The notes under the pieces are model-generated. The model was not told where the DNA came from. It did no database searches and saw only the letters and a program-made list of their open reading frames with translations. Below are positions 47,506 to 60,560 of a DNA stretch of 64,000 nt, in pieces. Position numbers and translations under genes: made by a program. Source of the DNA: Malacoraja senta. Lineage: Eukaryota. The stretch's first letter is position 1; each line of letters starts with the position of its first letter. The DNA lies in the NCBI GenBank assembly GCA_038087875.1, contig CM075994.1, positions 10,914,001 through 10,978,000 on the forward strand, given 5' to 3'.

Positions 47506-50245
47506 AACATAGAAACATAGGAAATAGGTGTAGGAGTAGGCCACTCGGCCCTTTGCCATTCAATATGATCACGGTTGATCATCCAGAATCAGTACCCTGT
47601 TCCCGATCTCTCCCCATATCCCTTGATTCCGTTAGCCCTAAGAGCTATCTAACTCTCTCTTGAATACATCCAGTAAATTGGCCTCCACTGCCTTCTGTGG
47701 CAGAGAATTCCACAGATTCACAACTCTGTACTTAAACTGTGATCCCTGGTTCTGGACTCCCCCAATATCAGGAACATTTTTCCTACATCTAGCCTGTCCA
47801 ATCCCTTAATCATTTAATATGTTTCTTTCAGATCCCCTCTCATCCTTCGAAATTCCCGTGAATAAAAGCCCAGTCGATCCATTCTTTCATCATATGTTAA
47901 CCCTGGTGAACCTAATCCACACTCCCTCAATAGCAAGAATGTCCTTCCTCAAATTAGCAGACCAGTTGCGCTCTCATCAGGGCCCTGTACAACTGCAGTA
48001 GGACCTCGTTGCTCCTATGCTCAACTCCTCTTGTTATGACGGTCAACATGCCATTTGCTTTCTTCACTGCCTGCTGTACCTGCATGCTTACTTTCAGTAA
48101 CTAATGTATTAGGACACACAGGTCTCGTTGCAACTCCCCTTTTTCTAATCTGACGCCATTCAGATAATCATCTGCCTTCTTATTCTTGCCACCAAAGTGG
48201 AAAACCTCACATGTATCCACATTATACTGCATCTGCCCACTCACCCATCCAAGGGATGCATCTGCCCACTCACCTATCCAAGTCACCCTGCAGTCTCATA
48301 ACATCCTCCTCGCAGCTCACACTGCCATCCAGCTTTGTGTCATCCACAAACTTGTAGATGTTACATTTAATTCCTTCGACTAAATTGTTAATATATATTG
48401 TACATAACTGGGATCCCAGCACTGAGCCTTGGGGCAACCCACTAGTCACTGCCTGCCATTCAGAAAATAACCCTTTGCTTCCTGTCTGCCAACCAGATCT
48501 CTATTCATGTCAATACCCTATTCCCAATACCACGTGCTCTAATTTTGTACACTAATCTCTTGTGTGGGACTTGTCAAAGGCTTTTTCAAGCCCAAATACT
48601 CCCACTGGCTCTCCCTTATCCATTCTACTGTCACCTGTCAGTGCTTTCCAAATGCGCTGCTATTACATCTTTAATAATCGACTCAAGCATCTTCCCCACT
48701 AACGGTCAAGTAACTGGTCTATAATTCCCTGTTTTCTCTCTCCCTCCTTTCTTAAAAAGTTGATTTAAATTAGCTACCTTCCAGTCCACAGAAACTGATG
48801 CAGAGTCTGTCGAACATTGGACAATGATCACCAATGCATCCATGATTTCTAGGGCCACCTCCTTGAGTACTCTGGGATGCAGACCATCAGGCCTTGGTGA
48901 TTTATCTATCTTAAGTCCCAGCAGTTTACCCAACAGAATTTCAGGACTAATGTGAATTTCCTTCAGTTCCTCCGTCACGCTAGATCAGGGGTCGGCAACC
49001 CAGGCCGATTGCGACCCATAACCCAAAATCATCCGGCCCGCAGGCAGATTTTTTTCCCCGTAATCATCCGGCCCGTCGAGCGCCCCGAGCAGCAGCCGAG
49101 CGCCCCAAGCAGCAACGCCCCGAGCAGTAGCCGAGTGCCCCAAGCAGCAACGCCCTGAGCGCCCCGATCAGCGGTCGAGCGCCCCGAGCAGCAAAACCCC
49201 GAGCGCCTCGAGTGCCCCGAGCGCGGCCGAGCTCTGGCTGTACCGCATCCTGCACAAAGTCGCCAGCACGGCCGCGCACCTTCTGTGAACCCGTTTAAGA
49301 AAGAACTGCCTATGCTGGAAAAATCGAAGGTAGACAAAAATGCTTGCATGTCTCACCCGCTGAGTTTCTCCAGCATTTTTGTCTACCTTCTGTGAACACG
49401 TGATTTGATGCCTGCCATCTGGGGCGGGATCCATGTGTACACGTGATGCCCGCCATCCGCTCACAGACATGCGTCCCGGCTCCAATGCAGAACAAGGTTG
49501 CCGACCCCTGTGATAGATCCTCGGTCCCCATGTATTTCAGGGAGATTGTGTCTTCCTTAGTGAAGACAGAACCAAAGTACTTGTTTAACTGGTCTGCCAT
49601 TTCCTTGATTCCCATTATAAATTCACCTGTTTCTGACTGTAAGAGACCTACATTTGTCTTCACTAATCTTTTCCTCTTCACACATCTAAAGAAGCTTTTA
49701 CAGTCAGTTTTTGTATTCCCTGCAAGCTTTCTTTCATGCTCTATTTTTTCACTCTTAATTAACCCCTTTGTCCTCCTCTGTTGAATTCTAAATTTCTCAC
49801 AGTCCTCCAGTTTGCTGCTTCCTCTGGTCAATTTATATGCCTCTTCCTTGGATTTAGCACTATCCCTAATTTCCCTCGTTAGCCACGATTGAGCCGCCTT
49901 CCCTGTTATATCTTTACGTCAGACAGGGATGACTAATTGTTGTAATTCATCCATCCATTAAATCTTTACCTTTGCATATCCACCGTCAACCCTTTAAGTA
50001 TCATTTGCCAGTCTATCCCAGCCAATTCCTGTCTCATACCATCAAAGTTACCTTTCCTTAAGTTCAGGACCCTTGTCTCTGAATTAACTGTTTTACTCTC
50101 CATCTTAATGCAGAATTCTACCATATTATGGAACTGTTGCCCAAGAGGCTTTGCACAACAAGATTGCTAACTAATCCTTCCTCATGACACAATATCCAGT
50201 CTAGGATAGCCTGCCCTCTAGTTGGTTCCTCTACATATTGGTTTA
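47506..50245 (-). mobile_element. Decayed CR1 LINE ORF2 (EN-RT) with 3' tail
   Basis: QYVEEPTRGQAILD (EN), KSPRPDGLHPRVLKE...LFKKGGREKTGNYRPV (RT). CATAGAAA tail repeats at 47506-47520. Confidence 0.85.
48986..49510. mobile_element. hAT MITE inserted in CR1
   Basis: Perfect 15-bp TIR CAGGGGTCGGCAACC. 8-bp TSD CGCTAGAT / TGATAGAT. Internal CGCCCCGAGCA minisatellite. Confidence 0.85.
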
Positions 50246-51727
50246 GAATGTTTCCGATCTGAAACATCACATCCTTTTTCTCCGGAGATGCCGGCTGAGC
50301 CGCTGACGACCCCAGCACTTTGTGTCTATTGTTGGTTCTCCTTGTACATGGTTTGCAAAAGGATGAAATGCAGGCACAGCAAATAATTGGGCCAGCTAGA
50401 AGTGTTTTTGCAATGGAAATTGTATTCATAACTGTTCAGGGCTTTGATGAACAAGTGTGTTGCAGACATTCATTGACCTATGTGTATAAACTTGCTCCAC
50501 ACATCTCCTTTAAACTTTGCCCCTCTCACCTTAAAGCTATACCCTCTAGTATTTGGTATTTCTCAACCTGGGAAATAGGTTCTGTCAACCTTATCTATGC
50601 TTCCCATCATTTTATTTACTTCAATCAGTTCACCTTGCAACCTCTGGCATTCCAGAGAAAAAAAAATCCAAGACTGTTCAACCTTTCCCTGTTTCTAAAA
50701 CCCCCCTAAGCCAGGCATCATTTTGTTAAACACAAAATGCTGCAGTAACTCAGTGGGTCAGGCAGCATCATGATGCTGAATTACTCCAGCATCTTGTGTC
50801 TATCTTAAGCATAAACAAGCACCTGCAGTTCCTTTTTATTATATCATTCTGGTAAACCCCTTCTGCACCCTTTCCATAGCCTCCACATTCTGTATCGGGC
50901 CAAGCAGAACTGCTTGCAATACTCCATGCCGATCATCGGTCACCGCTTCATATCCCAGGTTCATATCCAACACACGAGGGAAATTTATGAAAGCCAATTA
51001 ACTTGCAAACCTGCCCGTCTTTAGAATGTGGGAGGAAACTGGAGCACCCGGAGAAAACTCACTTGGTCGCAGGGAGAATGTACAAACTCCCTACAGACTG
51101 CACCTGTAGCCACGATCAAACCGGGTCTCTGGTGCTGAACCCGGTGGGCCAAAAGGCCAGTTTCCACACTGCATCTCTAAAGTCTACCGCTGCACCACTC
51201 TACAATTCACAGAGGCCAATTATTCTACACACCTGCACACCTTTGGAAGTGAGAGGAAACCTATGCGACAAACTCCACTCAGACAGCGCCCAAGGTCAGG
51301 ATCAAACCCAGGTCTCTAATACTGTGAGGCACCAGCTTGATCAGCTGCTCCACACAGTGGAAGCAAAGTCTCAACGGCACTTCAATAAAGGGGTAAAAAG
51401 TTATGGGCATAGGCAGGAATGTGGAATTAGCCTTACAATCACATCAGCCATGATCAAGTCGAATTGAGTCGAGTTTATTGTCATATGCACAAGAATGGTG
51501 AGATATAGCTTGCATCACTCAGACAGACAACACACAAAATCATAAATCAATGATAATCTACACAAAATTCTACACAACAGTTAAAAGAAAGCAAACAACT
51601 GCAAAAAAACAAGGCATTAATGCTAAACACAATTTGAAAAACCACTCCATGGTAGCACATTTGTGGTCTGTAGTGTTCCATTGTGGAGGTCTGATTAGGT
51701 CAGTTCAAGAATCTGATGGTTGTAGGA

Positions 51728-51870
51728 AAGTAGCTGTTCCTGAATCTACTGGTGTGGGACTTGAGGCACCTGTACCTCCTGCCCGATGGTAGCATATGTT
51801 TGTAAGTAGCTGTTCCTGAATCTACTGGTGTGGGACTTCAGGCACCTGTACCTGCTGCCCGATGGTAGCA
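51728..51870. repeat. Local ~65-bp tandem duplication within a LINE 3' fragment
   Basis: GTAGCTGTTCCTGAATCTACTGGTGTGGGACTT...GCCCGATGGTAGCA occurs twice. Confidence 0.8.
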
Positions 51871-52059
51871 CCTTTTTAGATGTGTTGCAAGGATGGCAGG
51901 GCTGTGCCCATGATGGACTGGGCTGATTCCACCGCTCTCTGCAGCGCCTTGCGTTCCTGTGTATTGAAATTGCCGTGCCAGGCCTAGATGCAATCTATTG
52001 TATCCTGATTCACTGTACCTCAGTGAAACTGAACTGAACTAAGGAGCATTGCTACAGTC

Positions 52060-52060
52060 C

Positions 52061-52140
<80 letters not shown>
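52060..52140. repeat. (TA)n/(TG)n microsatellite
   Basis: Directly visible. Confidence 0.95.
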
Positions 52141-52142
<2 letters not shown>

Positions 52143-52991
52143 GTTTTGATACAAGCAAATAAAGGTACTGGACCCTGGAGAAAAAACACAAAGTGCTGGA
52201 GTAGCTCAGTGGGTCAGGCAGCATCTGTAGACTGAGTGGATAGATGGGTGATGCTTCTGGTCGGGAATGAAGATGGGTCCCGATCCAAAACATCACCTCT
52301 CTATTTCCTCCAAAGGTGCAGCCTGACCTGCTGAGTTACTCCGCATTTTGAGTTTTGTATAGGTTTGTCAGCGTATTTGGTAACTTGCTGAATCTCTTTA
52401 AATCTCAAGGAAATGTCTCTGCTTTCATCTGTGTGCTGGGCTTTTGAAAAGTTCAGTGGGCCGAGCAGCCTATCTGCCCCTAATGTCTCGAGGCCCAAGG
52501 GGAGTCTGGCCTTAATGTGCACTGGGTAGGGATGGAACAATGCAAACACAGATTCACATACACATACACAATGATACTACTCCTTCATTGAACACTTGCA
52601 CTCAGTCCATCAAAGCCTTCTGGATCTCCCGGTTGCTAAACATTTTAACTCCCCTTCCCATTCCAAACCTGACCTCAACCCGAAACGTCACCTATTCCTT
52701 TTCTCCAGAGATCCCGCCTGACCCGATAAGTTACTCCAGCATTTTGTGTCTATCTTCAATCCAAACTGATCTTTCCATCTCAGGCCTCCTCCATTGCCAG
52801 AGTGGGGCAATTTGCAAACTGGAGGAGCAGCCCCTCATATTCCATTTTGACAGCTTAAAACACGACAATATGAACATTAAAATTCTCCAGGACCAGTTTT
52901 AAGTAACCAACCCCCCCCCCCCCCCCCCATACCCCGTCAATTTCCAGTGACCCCACTCCCAGTTTCCATCCATTACTTTCACCATCCATTC

Positions 52992-54065
52992 TTTTAAAAT
53001 CTTTTTATTCGTTTTTTTCAAAAGAAAAAACAAGACAACAAAAAACGAATGATAAACATAAGAATGATATTGATACATAGGGATCAGGGTTACATTAATG
53101 GCAGGTATAACCTAAATATGAGTCCAGTGTCAAAATACACATTGAATATAGACCTCCCCGGTCTCTATGTAAATATAGTTAAGTGTTTAAAAGAGAACTT
53201 ATATGTATAAAAACAAAAAGAGGAAAAGAAAAAAAGAGAAAAAAAGAAAAAACAAAACCCCCACTAAACTAAAAAAAAGCAAAACAGAATCTGGGCTGCA
53301 AAGAATGTCAACAATTTAAGTCCCTGTTTGTCGTCAAGTCCGTTCCACCATATAAAGGTAAAATAATTATTATAACAGTTGGAGAGGGGACAATTTATGT
53401 TGTATGAAAATGTTGAATAAATCTTCCCCAAGCCCTATCAAATTTAACCAAGGGTTCAACAATGTCACTCCTAATTTTTTCTAAATTGAAACATGATATC
53501 GTTTCACAGTACCAATAGAGTGTGGTCGGAGGATTAGAGTCTTTCCACTTAAATAAAATAGATCTTCTGGCAATTAATGTGGTAAAAGCAATCAGCCGAT
53601 CGGCGGAATGGGACAGATGAATAGAATCTAACATTGGTAACCCAAAAATTGCAGTAATAGGATGAGGTTGTAAATCAATACCTAAAACTACAGAAATTGT
53701 ATCAACAATTTCTTTCCAATATTTTTCCAAAAGTGGGCAGGACCACTTCAGATATGAGCCAATGAGGCCACTTCAGAATTACATCTGTCACATGTAGGAT
53801 TTATATGACCATAAAAACGAGCTAACTTATCTTTTGACATATGAGCTCTGTGAACCACCTTGAATTGTATCAAAATGTGTCTTGCACACATTGAGGAAGT
53901 ATTAACTAATTGAAGAATCCTCTCCCATTTCTCTATAGATAAAGAAATTTGAGGTTCTCTTTCCTAGTCATTCTTAACTTTATCAAATGTATCTTTTTTT
54001 AATTTCAAAATCAACTCATAAATAGTCGTTATTAAGCCCTTCTGATAAGGGTTCAAATGTAAAAT
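52992..54065 (-). mobile_element. 5'-truncated L1 fragment of a different family
   Basis: ORF 53395-53730 YWKEI...AIFG...ARRSILFKWKDSNPPT...W (L1 ORF2 C-terminus), followed by a T-rich 3'UTR on the minus strand. Confidence 0.78.
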
Positions 54066-55068
54066 TTAACCATCCTAACCCACTTTTCCCCCTTCCCCTT
54101 CCATCTATATCCCTCTCTGTTCTTCTTATCCAGTCCACACACAAGATTAGTTGTTCAGCCAGAGCTGAACACCCTTCTCGGCATCTGCACACAATGGTGT
54201 CTGTCTTGTGCTTCTTGTGCTTCTTGTGCATGGTGGTGGAAAGATTGGTGGAAACAGGGCCGCGACATGAACGCTCTTTCCTTGAGCCCTATCCCTCTCT
54301 CTGGCTTTACATTTCACTCATTTTCCCTGACACCCTTTTGTCTATTTTTCATCTCTTGCCTTTGTCCACCCATCTGCCAATCTACACCCTCCCCCTCACC
54401 TGTATCCACCCATCACATGCCAGGATTTGTCCTGTCCCCACCTCTCTCTATTTTCAGCTTTCTCCACCCCCCTCCCCCTTACTACAAGCCCAAAGAAAGA
54501 TCCCGATCCAAAACATCACCTATCTATTCCCTCTGAGTTCCTCCTGCACTTTGTATTTCACTCAAGCTTGTGCCTCCAGCGATATAGTGACTCTGTACCA
54601 ATCATTTACACAAGTCTCATTTCATTCTCCCCAATTTGCCTAGACTCCAGCAACCACCCACATTACATTTTAATTGTTTTATTTTTTTCCCCTTGGTTTT
54701 TTTTTTTCAAATTGAGGAGATTCGGTATATCGACAAATACTCTTGAGTTTCTACAGGTGTGCGGCAGAGGGCACCAGTTACATCACGGCCTGGATCAGCA
54801 ACTCGAACGCCCGGGAATGAAAGAGATGATAAAAAGTGGTAAACACTACCCTGTCCCTTTCCCTACCAAATGCTGGAGTAAATCAGCGGGTCGGGTAACA
54901 TCTCGGGAGAAGAGGCATTGGCTGCCTGACCCGCTGAGTTACTCCAGTATTGTTGTGTCTATCTTTACAATCTGCAGATTTGTGTAAAGAAATGTACCGG
55001 AAATCGCCGCTTTTCCTGCCGTGCGAAAGTGAAACTTAACCGTCCGGGACTTGGAGAGGGCGACAGCA

Positions 55069-55482
55069 ATGGCGAGCATAGACGTGATACAGTCGATGAA
55101 AGATGAGGCGCTTTGCCCCATCAGCTTGGATTTCTTTGTCGATCCTGTAACGATAGACTGCGGCCACAATTACTGCCGGACCTGCATCGTCCGGCACTGG
55201 CAGTCGGAGCGAGGGACAATCACTTGTCCGCAGTGCCGGGCGCTGCTGCCCGAGAAGATGCTCAGACCCAACCGGTTCGTGTCCAACATAGTGGAGAATG
55301 TAATGAAGCTCAGACTGGACGAGGCGGTGGTTCAGATGGAGCTTCGCTGCCAGGAGCACGACGAGAGGCTGAAGGTTTACTGCAGTGATGACCGGAGGCC
55401 GATCTGTGTGGTTTGCGCCACGTCCCGCGATCACCAGGGCCACTGCACCAGCCCGATTGGCGAGGCCGCTGAACTCTATAAG
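55069..55482 (+). CDS. TRIM-B exon 1: RING plus B-box2 (TRIM21/35/39-like E3 ligase family)
   Basis: GCAATGG start. CPISLDFFVDPVTIDCGHNYCRTCI...CPQCR...LRPNR (RING) and CQEHDERLKVYC..D...ICVVC..SRDHQGH (B-box). Ends YK|GTAGGA. Confidence 0.92.
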
Positions 55483-55569
55483 GTAGGAACCCGCGCTCAC
55501 AGTAAACTTCCACAGGGTGTAAACAGACCTCTCTGTCCACCCAGTCCTCACCCACCATGCAGAACAGAG

Positions 55570-56870
55570 AGTAGTACAGGACAGGAACAGGCCCTTCGGC
55601 TCACAGTGTCACAGAATGTAGAAAAGTACAGGACAGGAACAAACCCTTCGGCCCACAGTGTCTTAGAACATAAAACATTACAGCACAGGAACAGGCCATT
55701 CGGCCCACTCTGTTGGGGACTGTTGAATATTGCAGCACAGGAACGGGCTCTTCGGCCCACTCTGTTAGAGAATATAGAATAGTACAGCACATGAACAGGC
55801 CCTGTGGCCCAAACCCAAAGTGTCATAGAACACAGAAAAGTACAGTGTAGGAAGGAATTGCAGATGCTGGTTTTATCCAAAGATAGATACAAGATGCTGG
55901 AGTAACTCAGCGAGACAGGCAGTATCGCTAGAGAGAAGGAATGGGTGATGTGTTGGGTCGTCTTCACCCGAAACGTGAACCATTCCTTCCCTCCAGAGAT
56001 GCTCCCTGTCCCACTGAGTTACTCCAGCATTTTGTGTCGATCTTCTATAAAAAGGTGCAGTACAGGAACAGGCCCTTCAGCCACAGTGTCATAGAATATA
56101 GAACAGCACAGGAACAGGCCCTTCAGCCACAGTGTCATAGAATATAGTACAGTACAGGAACAGGCCCTTCGGCCCACAGTGTCATAGAATATAGAACAGT
56201 ACAGGAACAGGCCCTTCGGCCCACTGTGTCATCGAATTTAGTACAGCACAGGAACAGGCCCTTTGGCCCACAGTGTCATAGAATATAGTAAAGCACAGGA
56301 ACAGGCCCTTCGGCCCACAGTGTCATCGAATTTAGTACAGCACAGGAACAGGCCCTTTGGCCCACAGTGTCATAGAATATAGTAAAGCACAGGAACAGGC
56401 CCTTCGGCCCACTATGTCAGAATATAGAAAGGTTACCTCATAGAATGTAGAAAAATATAGCACAGAAATAGGCCCTGCAGCCCACTATGTCTGAATATAG
56501 AAAGGTTACCTCCTTCCAGGGACCCAAACAGACTTTCCAAATGAGAGAGAGGTTCACATGCACCTTCCCAAACCTAATCTACTACGATGTTGCTGATTTG
56601 GTTTCCTATCCATGTTCTCCAGAGATGCTGCCCGACACGCTGAGTTACTCCAGCACTTTGTGTCTTTCTATGGGAAAGTACAGCACAGGAGCAGACCTTT
56701 CAGCCCTCAGTGTCGTTGGACATAGAAAGATGCAGCACTAGAGCAGGCCCTTCAGCCCACAATGTTATAGAATATAGAAAAGTACAGGGCAAGAACTGAC
56801 CCTTCAGCTCACAGTTTCATAGAACATAGAAAAATAGAGCACAGGAACAAGTATTTTGACCCACAATATC
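55570..56870. repeat. ~47-bp minisatellite (most homogeneous at 56058-56415) in TRIM-B intron 1
   Basis: Unit CAGGAACAGGCCCTTCGGCCCACAGTGTCATAGAATATAGTACAGTA, with more degenerate copies on both sides. Confidence 0.9.
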
Positions 56871-58398
56871 TGTGCTGACCATGATGCTGTATAACTAATC
56901 CTCGCTGGTTTAAGTTTATTGTTGACACACGGACCAAAGTACAGTGAGAAGCTTTTGTTTGCGTGCTTATTTAATCAAATCAGATAATACTATAAAAGAA
57001 TAGAATCAAGCCAAACACAAGGAAAATCCATTGCAGAATATAGTTTCTCAGCATTACAATCATGGTGGCACAGCGGTAGAGTTGCTTCCACAGCGCCAGA
57101 GACCCAGATTCAATCGTGACTATCAGTGCTGTCTGTAATGAGTTTGTACATTCTCCCACATGCCAAAGATGTACAGGTTTGTAAGTTAATTTGGCTTCAG
57201 TAAAAATTGTAAATTGTCACTCCTGTGTAGGCTAGTGCTGATGTACAGGGATCGCTGATCAGTGCGGACTTGGTGGGCCAAAGGGCCTGTTTCCATGCTG
57301 TATCACTAAACTAAATTAAACTAAACAATGTAACAGTTCCACAGAAAAAGACCAATGCCTGCAATAAGGTAGGATAGAAAATCAGGTCTGTTGCCTAGAT
57401 TTTGAAAGGACCATTCAGAAGTTTAATAAGAAGGGAAGAAGCTGTTTCTGACTCTGAAGGTGTGTTCTTGCAAGCTTCTGAATCTTCTGCTTGACAGGAC
57501 CAGGGAGCAGAAGGAATGACCAGGCTTGGAAAGGTCCTCAATTAATTTGGCTGCTCTTTCGAGGCAGCTTGAAGTATAGATGGAGTAAATGGTGAGGAGT
57601 GTGGTCTATGTGATGGACTGGGTTACATCCACAAATCTCTTCTTGCATATGATCCATGTCCTTCCCCATATATTAATGTGTGCATCAAAAAATCTCCTAA
57701 AAGCCACTTTCATAACTGCCTTGTACATCATTAAACTTGCACCTAAAAGTTATGCCTCTAGTCTTTGATATTTCCTACCTTTTGTGGGGAAAATGCTGTG
57801 ATTGTCAACACTATCAATGCCTTTGATAATTTTATAAACATCTATGGAGTCTCCCTTCACCCCCTGGCATTCTGGAGAAAACAACCGCTCCTTATAGGTA
57901 ATGCCCTCTAATAGAGACAACATTCTGAACCCTTCTTCAAACCCAACCTGAAAATCCATCTGTTAGTTCTTTCCCCAGATGCTGCCTGACCTGCGGAGTT
58001 CCTCCAGCAGTGTTTTACACAAGATTCTAACTTCTGCAGTTTAGTTTAGTTTAGAGATACAGCAGGGAAACAGGCCCTTTTAGGAGAAGATAACTTGCAT
58101 TGAAGGCAGCCCAGATAATGCATATTTGTTTGATTGCTCCAATGATGTGTTTGCCATATGAGTAATGGTTGAGCAGGTTTGGTTTGTATTCATTGCTGCT
58201 TCGAGGAATGAGATGTGTCCTTGTTGCAACATGGAAGGTTATGAAGGGGATTTGCAAGATAGATGTTGATAAGATGATTTAAAATCTAAAAACAGGGTCA
58301 TTATTCAAGAATAAGCAGTTCCTCTTTTCAGATGGAGAAGAGGAGAAACTTCTCCACTGAGGATGGTGAATCTTTGGAATAGTCTACTGCAGAGAGTT

Positions 58399-58588
58399 CT
58401 TTCACTCTCTATTTTTCTTTTTCACACACTATATATCTCACATTTTTCTATTTTTCATTATCTAACTTATTTTTCTTTTTCTCCTTTATTATAAAAATAA
58501 GAAGCTGTACATAATATGCATTATGAAAATATGACTGTATACAATTGTACTTACTTCTAATAAAATTAAAATTAAAACATTTAAAAAA
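58399..58588 (+). mobile_element. Very short L1 3'UTR insertion, same family as 3095-4993
   Basis: Matches ~4800-4975. A-rich tail. TSD AGAGAGTT at 58391-58398 and 58589-58596, inside a CR1 fragment. Confidence 0.82.
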
Positions 58589-58605
58589 AGAGAGTTGTGG
58601 AAGCA

Positions 58606-59642
58606 ATGTTACAAAATTTTGAGATTTTAAAAATAAAGTCTGCAATTTATCCCATCAGATAAAGCATAAAAAGAAGTTTAATTTGACACCTAATTCACTT
58701 TCATATCTTCAGTATTAAAGAAGTTATGGCCATTTTCATACTCGGAAATTAGCATCTTGTTCCCTATTGCTTTTCCATTGACTTAACACAAAAGCTGTGA
58801 TCGAGGACAGTTAAAAGCCCATAACTTTCTTAAAAATTAAGAGAACTGAAAGAAATTTTCAGTTCTTATAGATTGAAGCATTCTGAAACAAATATGAAAC
58901 AATCTTACTTAGAAGACATGAAAGTAAAGCATATAATTAATTAGTTACCTAATTGTAGCTAATTACAAAATTCAATTACTAGATCTAAACATCTATCAAT
59001 TTCTTAAGAATAGATTAACATTTTTAAATAGCCTGTGTCCAAATAACATTCACACAATAATTCACAATATAACATAATTTTTAAATCTCATTTTCATGAA
59101 TTTACAGGCCAAATGGAAGGAATTGAATGTTTAATACCTGTAAATTAATGGGCATTTAAATCATCTTGCGAGTGAGGATTTCTGGAACGCGATCTTTTGG
59201 AACGTTCATTTGCGGTGAATTTAACCCCGTATTGGCATGAAAAATACTGCCGTTAGTTCGGGGAATAAAATCACCGTGTCGCATGAAAAAATGTGAATTA
59301 AAGGCTTCTTAAGAAGCACTTTTATACATTTAAAGAAACCACTTTCGTTTACCTGTCCCGTGTGTGAAATCCGTCCCCGTTATCGGCGTTGACGCTTCAG
59401 GAGCTGCTTTTAAAATTACTCTAGCGCTGACATTGACGATTTAATAAAAATAAAATATTCACAAAACGCCGCTAGGAACGATTTGTCAGCCAATGCGTGT
59501 ACTCCAATGAAATATAATTCAGGACAAGGGAGGAGAAACCGCGTTTTAACCCCGCCCCCCCCCCCCTTAAAGGCGCCAAAATCGCGCACACGGCGAGTGG
59601 CAGAATTACAGCGCGACTGAAGGTAAGTTTTGTAACATACCT
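58606..59642. mobile_element. Non-autonomous DNA transposon of undetermined superfamily
   Basis: Inverted ends ATGTTACAAAA (58606) and TTTTGTAACAT (~59628-59638). CR1-like sequence resumes on both sides. Confidence 0.55.
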
Positions 59643-60087
59643 AAGTAAAGGTCATTAAATACGTTCAAGAGATAATTTGCCCCGAAGAGAGACGAGGATC
59701 ATGAGAATCGGGAAGGGAAGTGGGTGGTTCTCAGGTGAAGGAAACAGGGAGCCATGTTATCAAAATCTGCTCCAATTTCTTATATTCTTAAATTATCCCT
59801 TCCATCCCTCGTCACCCATTTTTTAATTGTTATTGTAATTATGAATGGAAATTCTGTCCTTGACCAAATACTCAGAAGCTACAGCCAAAAAAGCACACCA
59901 ATGCCTCTACTTCCTCAGGAATCCAGCATATCTCCAATGGTTCTTACTAACTTCAGATGCACTGAAGAAATCAGCATTTCGGGACGCATCGCTACTTGGT
60001 TTGGGAATAGCTCGGCATGAAGCAGCAAGAAATTGCAGAGAGTTGTGGATGCCAACTAGGACATCACGCAGACCAGATTCCCCACCA

Positions 60088-60560
60088 TACACAGTTGGAA
60101 AGGGTGCAGAGAAGATTGATGAAGATGTTGGCTGGACTCGAGGGCCTCAACTTTAGGGAGAATCTGAGCAGGCCAGGACACTTTTCCTCAGAGCGCAGGA
60201 GGATGAGGGGTGGTCTTATAGAGGTATACAAAATCATGAGAGGAATAGATTGGGTAGATGCACAGAGTCTCGTGACCAGAGTAGTGGTATCGAGAACCAG
60301 AGGACATAGGTTTAAAGTGAGGGGGAAAGATTTAATAGGGGAACTTTTTCAAACAATGGGTGGTAGATGCATGAAATGAGCAGCCAGAGGAGGTCGTTGA
60401 TCCAGGTATTATCGCCACATTTAAGAAACATTTAGACAGGTACATGGATAGGACAGGTTTAGAGGGATATGGGCCAAACGCAAGCAGGTGCGACTAGTGC
60501 TGGTGAGGGCAAACTGGGCCGAACGGCCTGTTTCCACGCTGCAAGATTCTATGACTATCA
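60088..60560 (+). mobile_element. CR1 3' fragment (similar pieces at ~32780-33160, 33385-33715 and 62585-63030)
   Basis: QLERVQRR...ERRRMRGGLIEVYKIMRGID...RTRGHRFKVRG. Confidence 0.8.

Noticed and set aside
55483..55782. C-terminal extension of the 243-aa TRIM ORF
   Set aside because: This is read-through past the GT donor at 55483 into intronic minisatellite sequence.
56058..56415. Regularly spaced repeats resembling a CRISPR array
   Set aside because: Units are head-to-tail with no unique spacers, there are no cas genes, and the context is a vertebrate intron.
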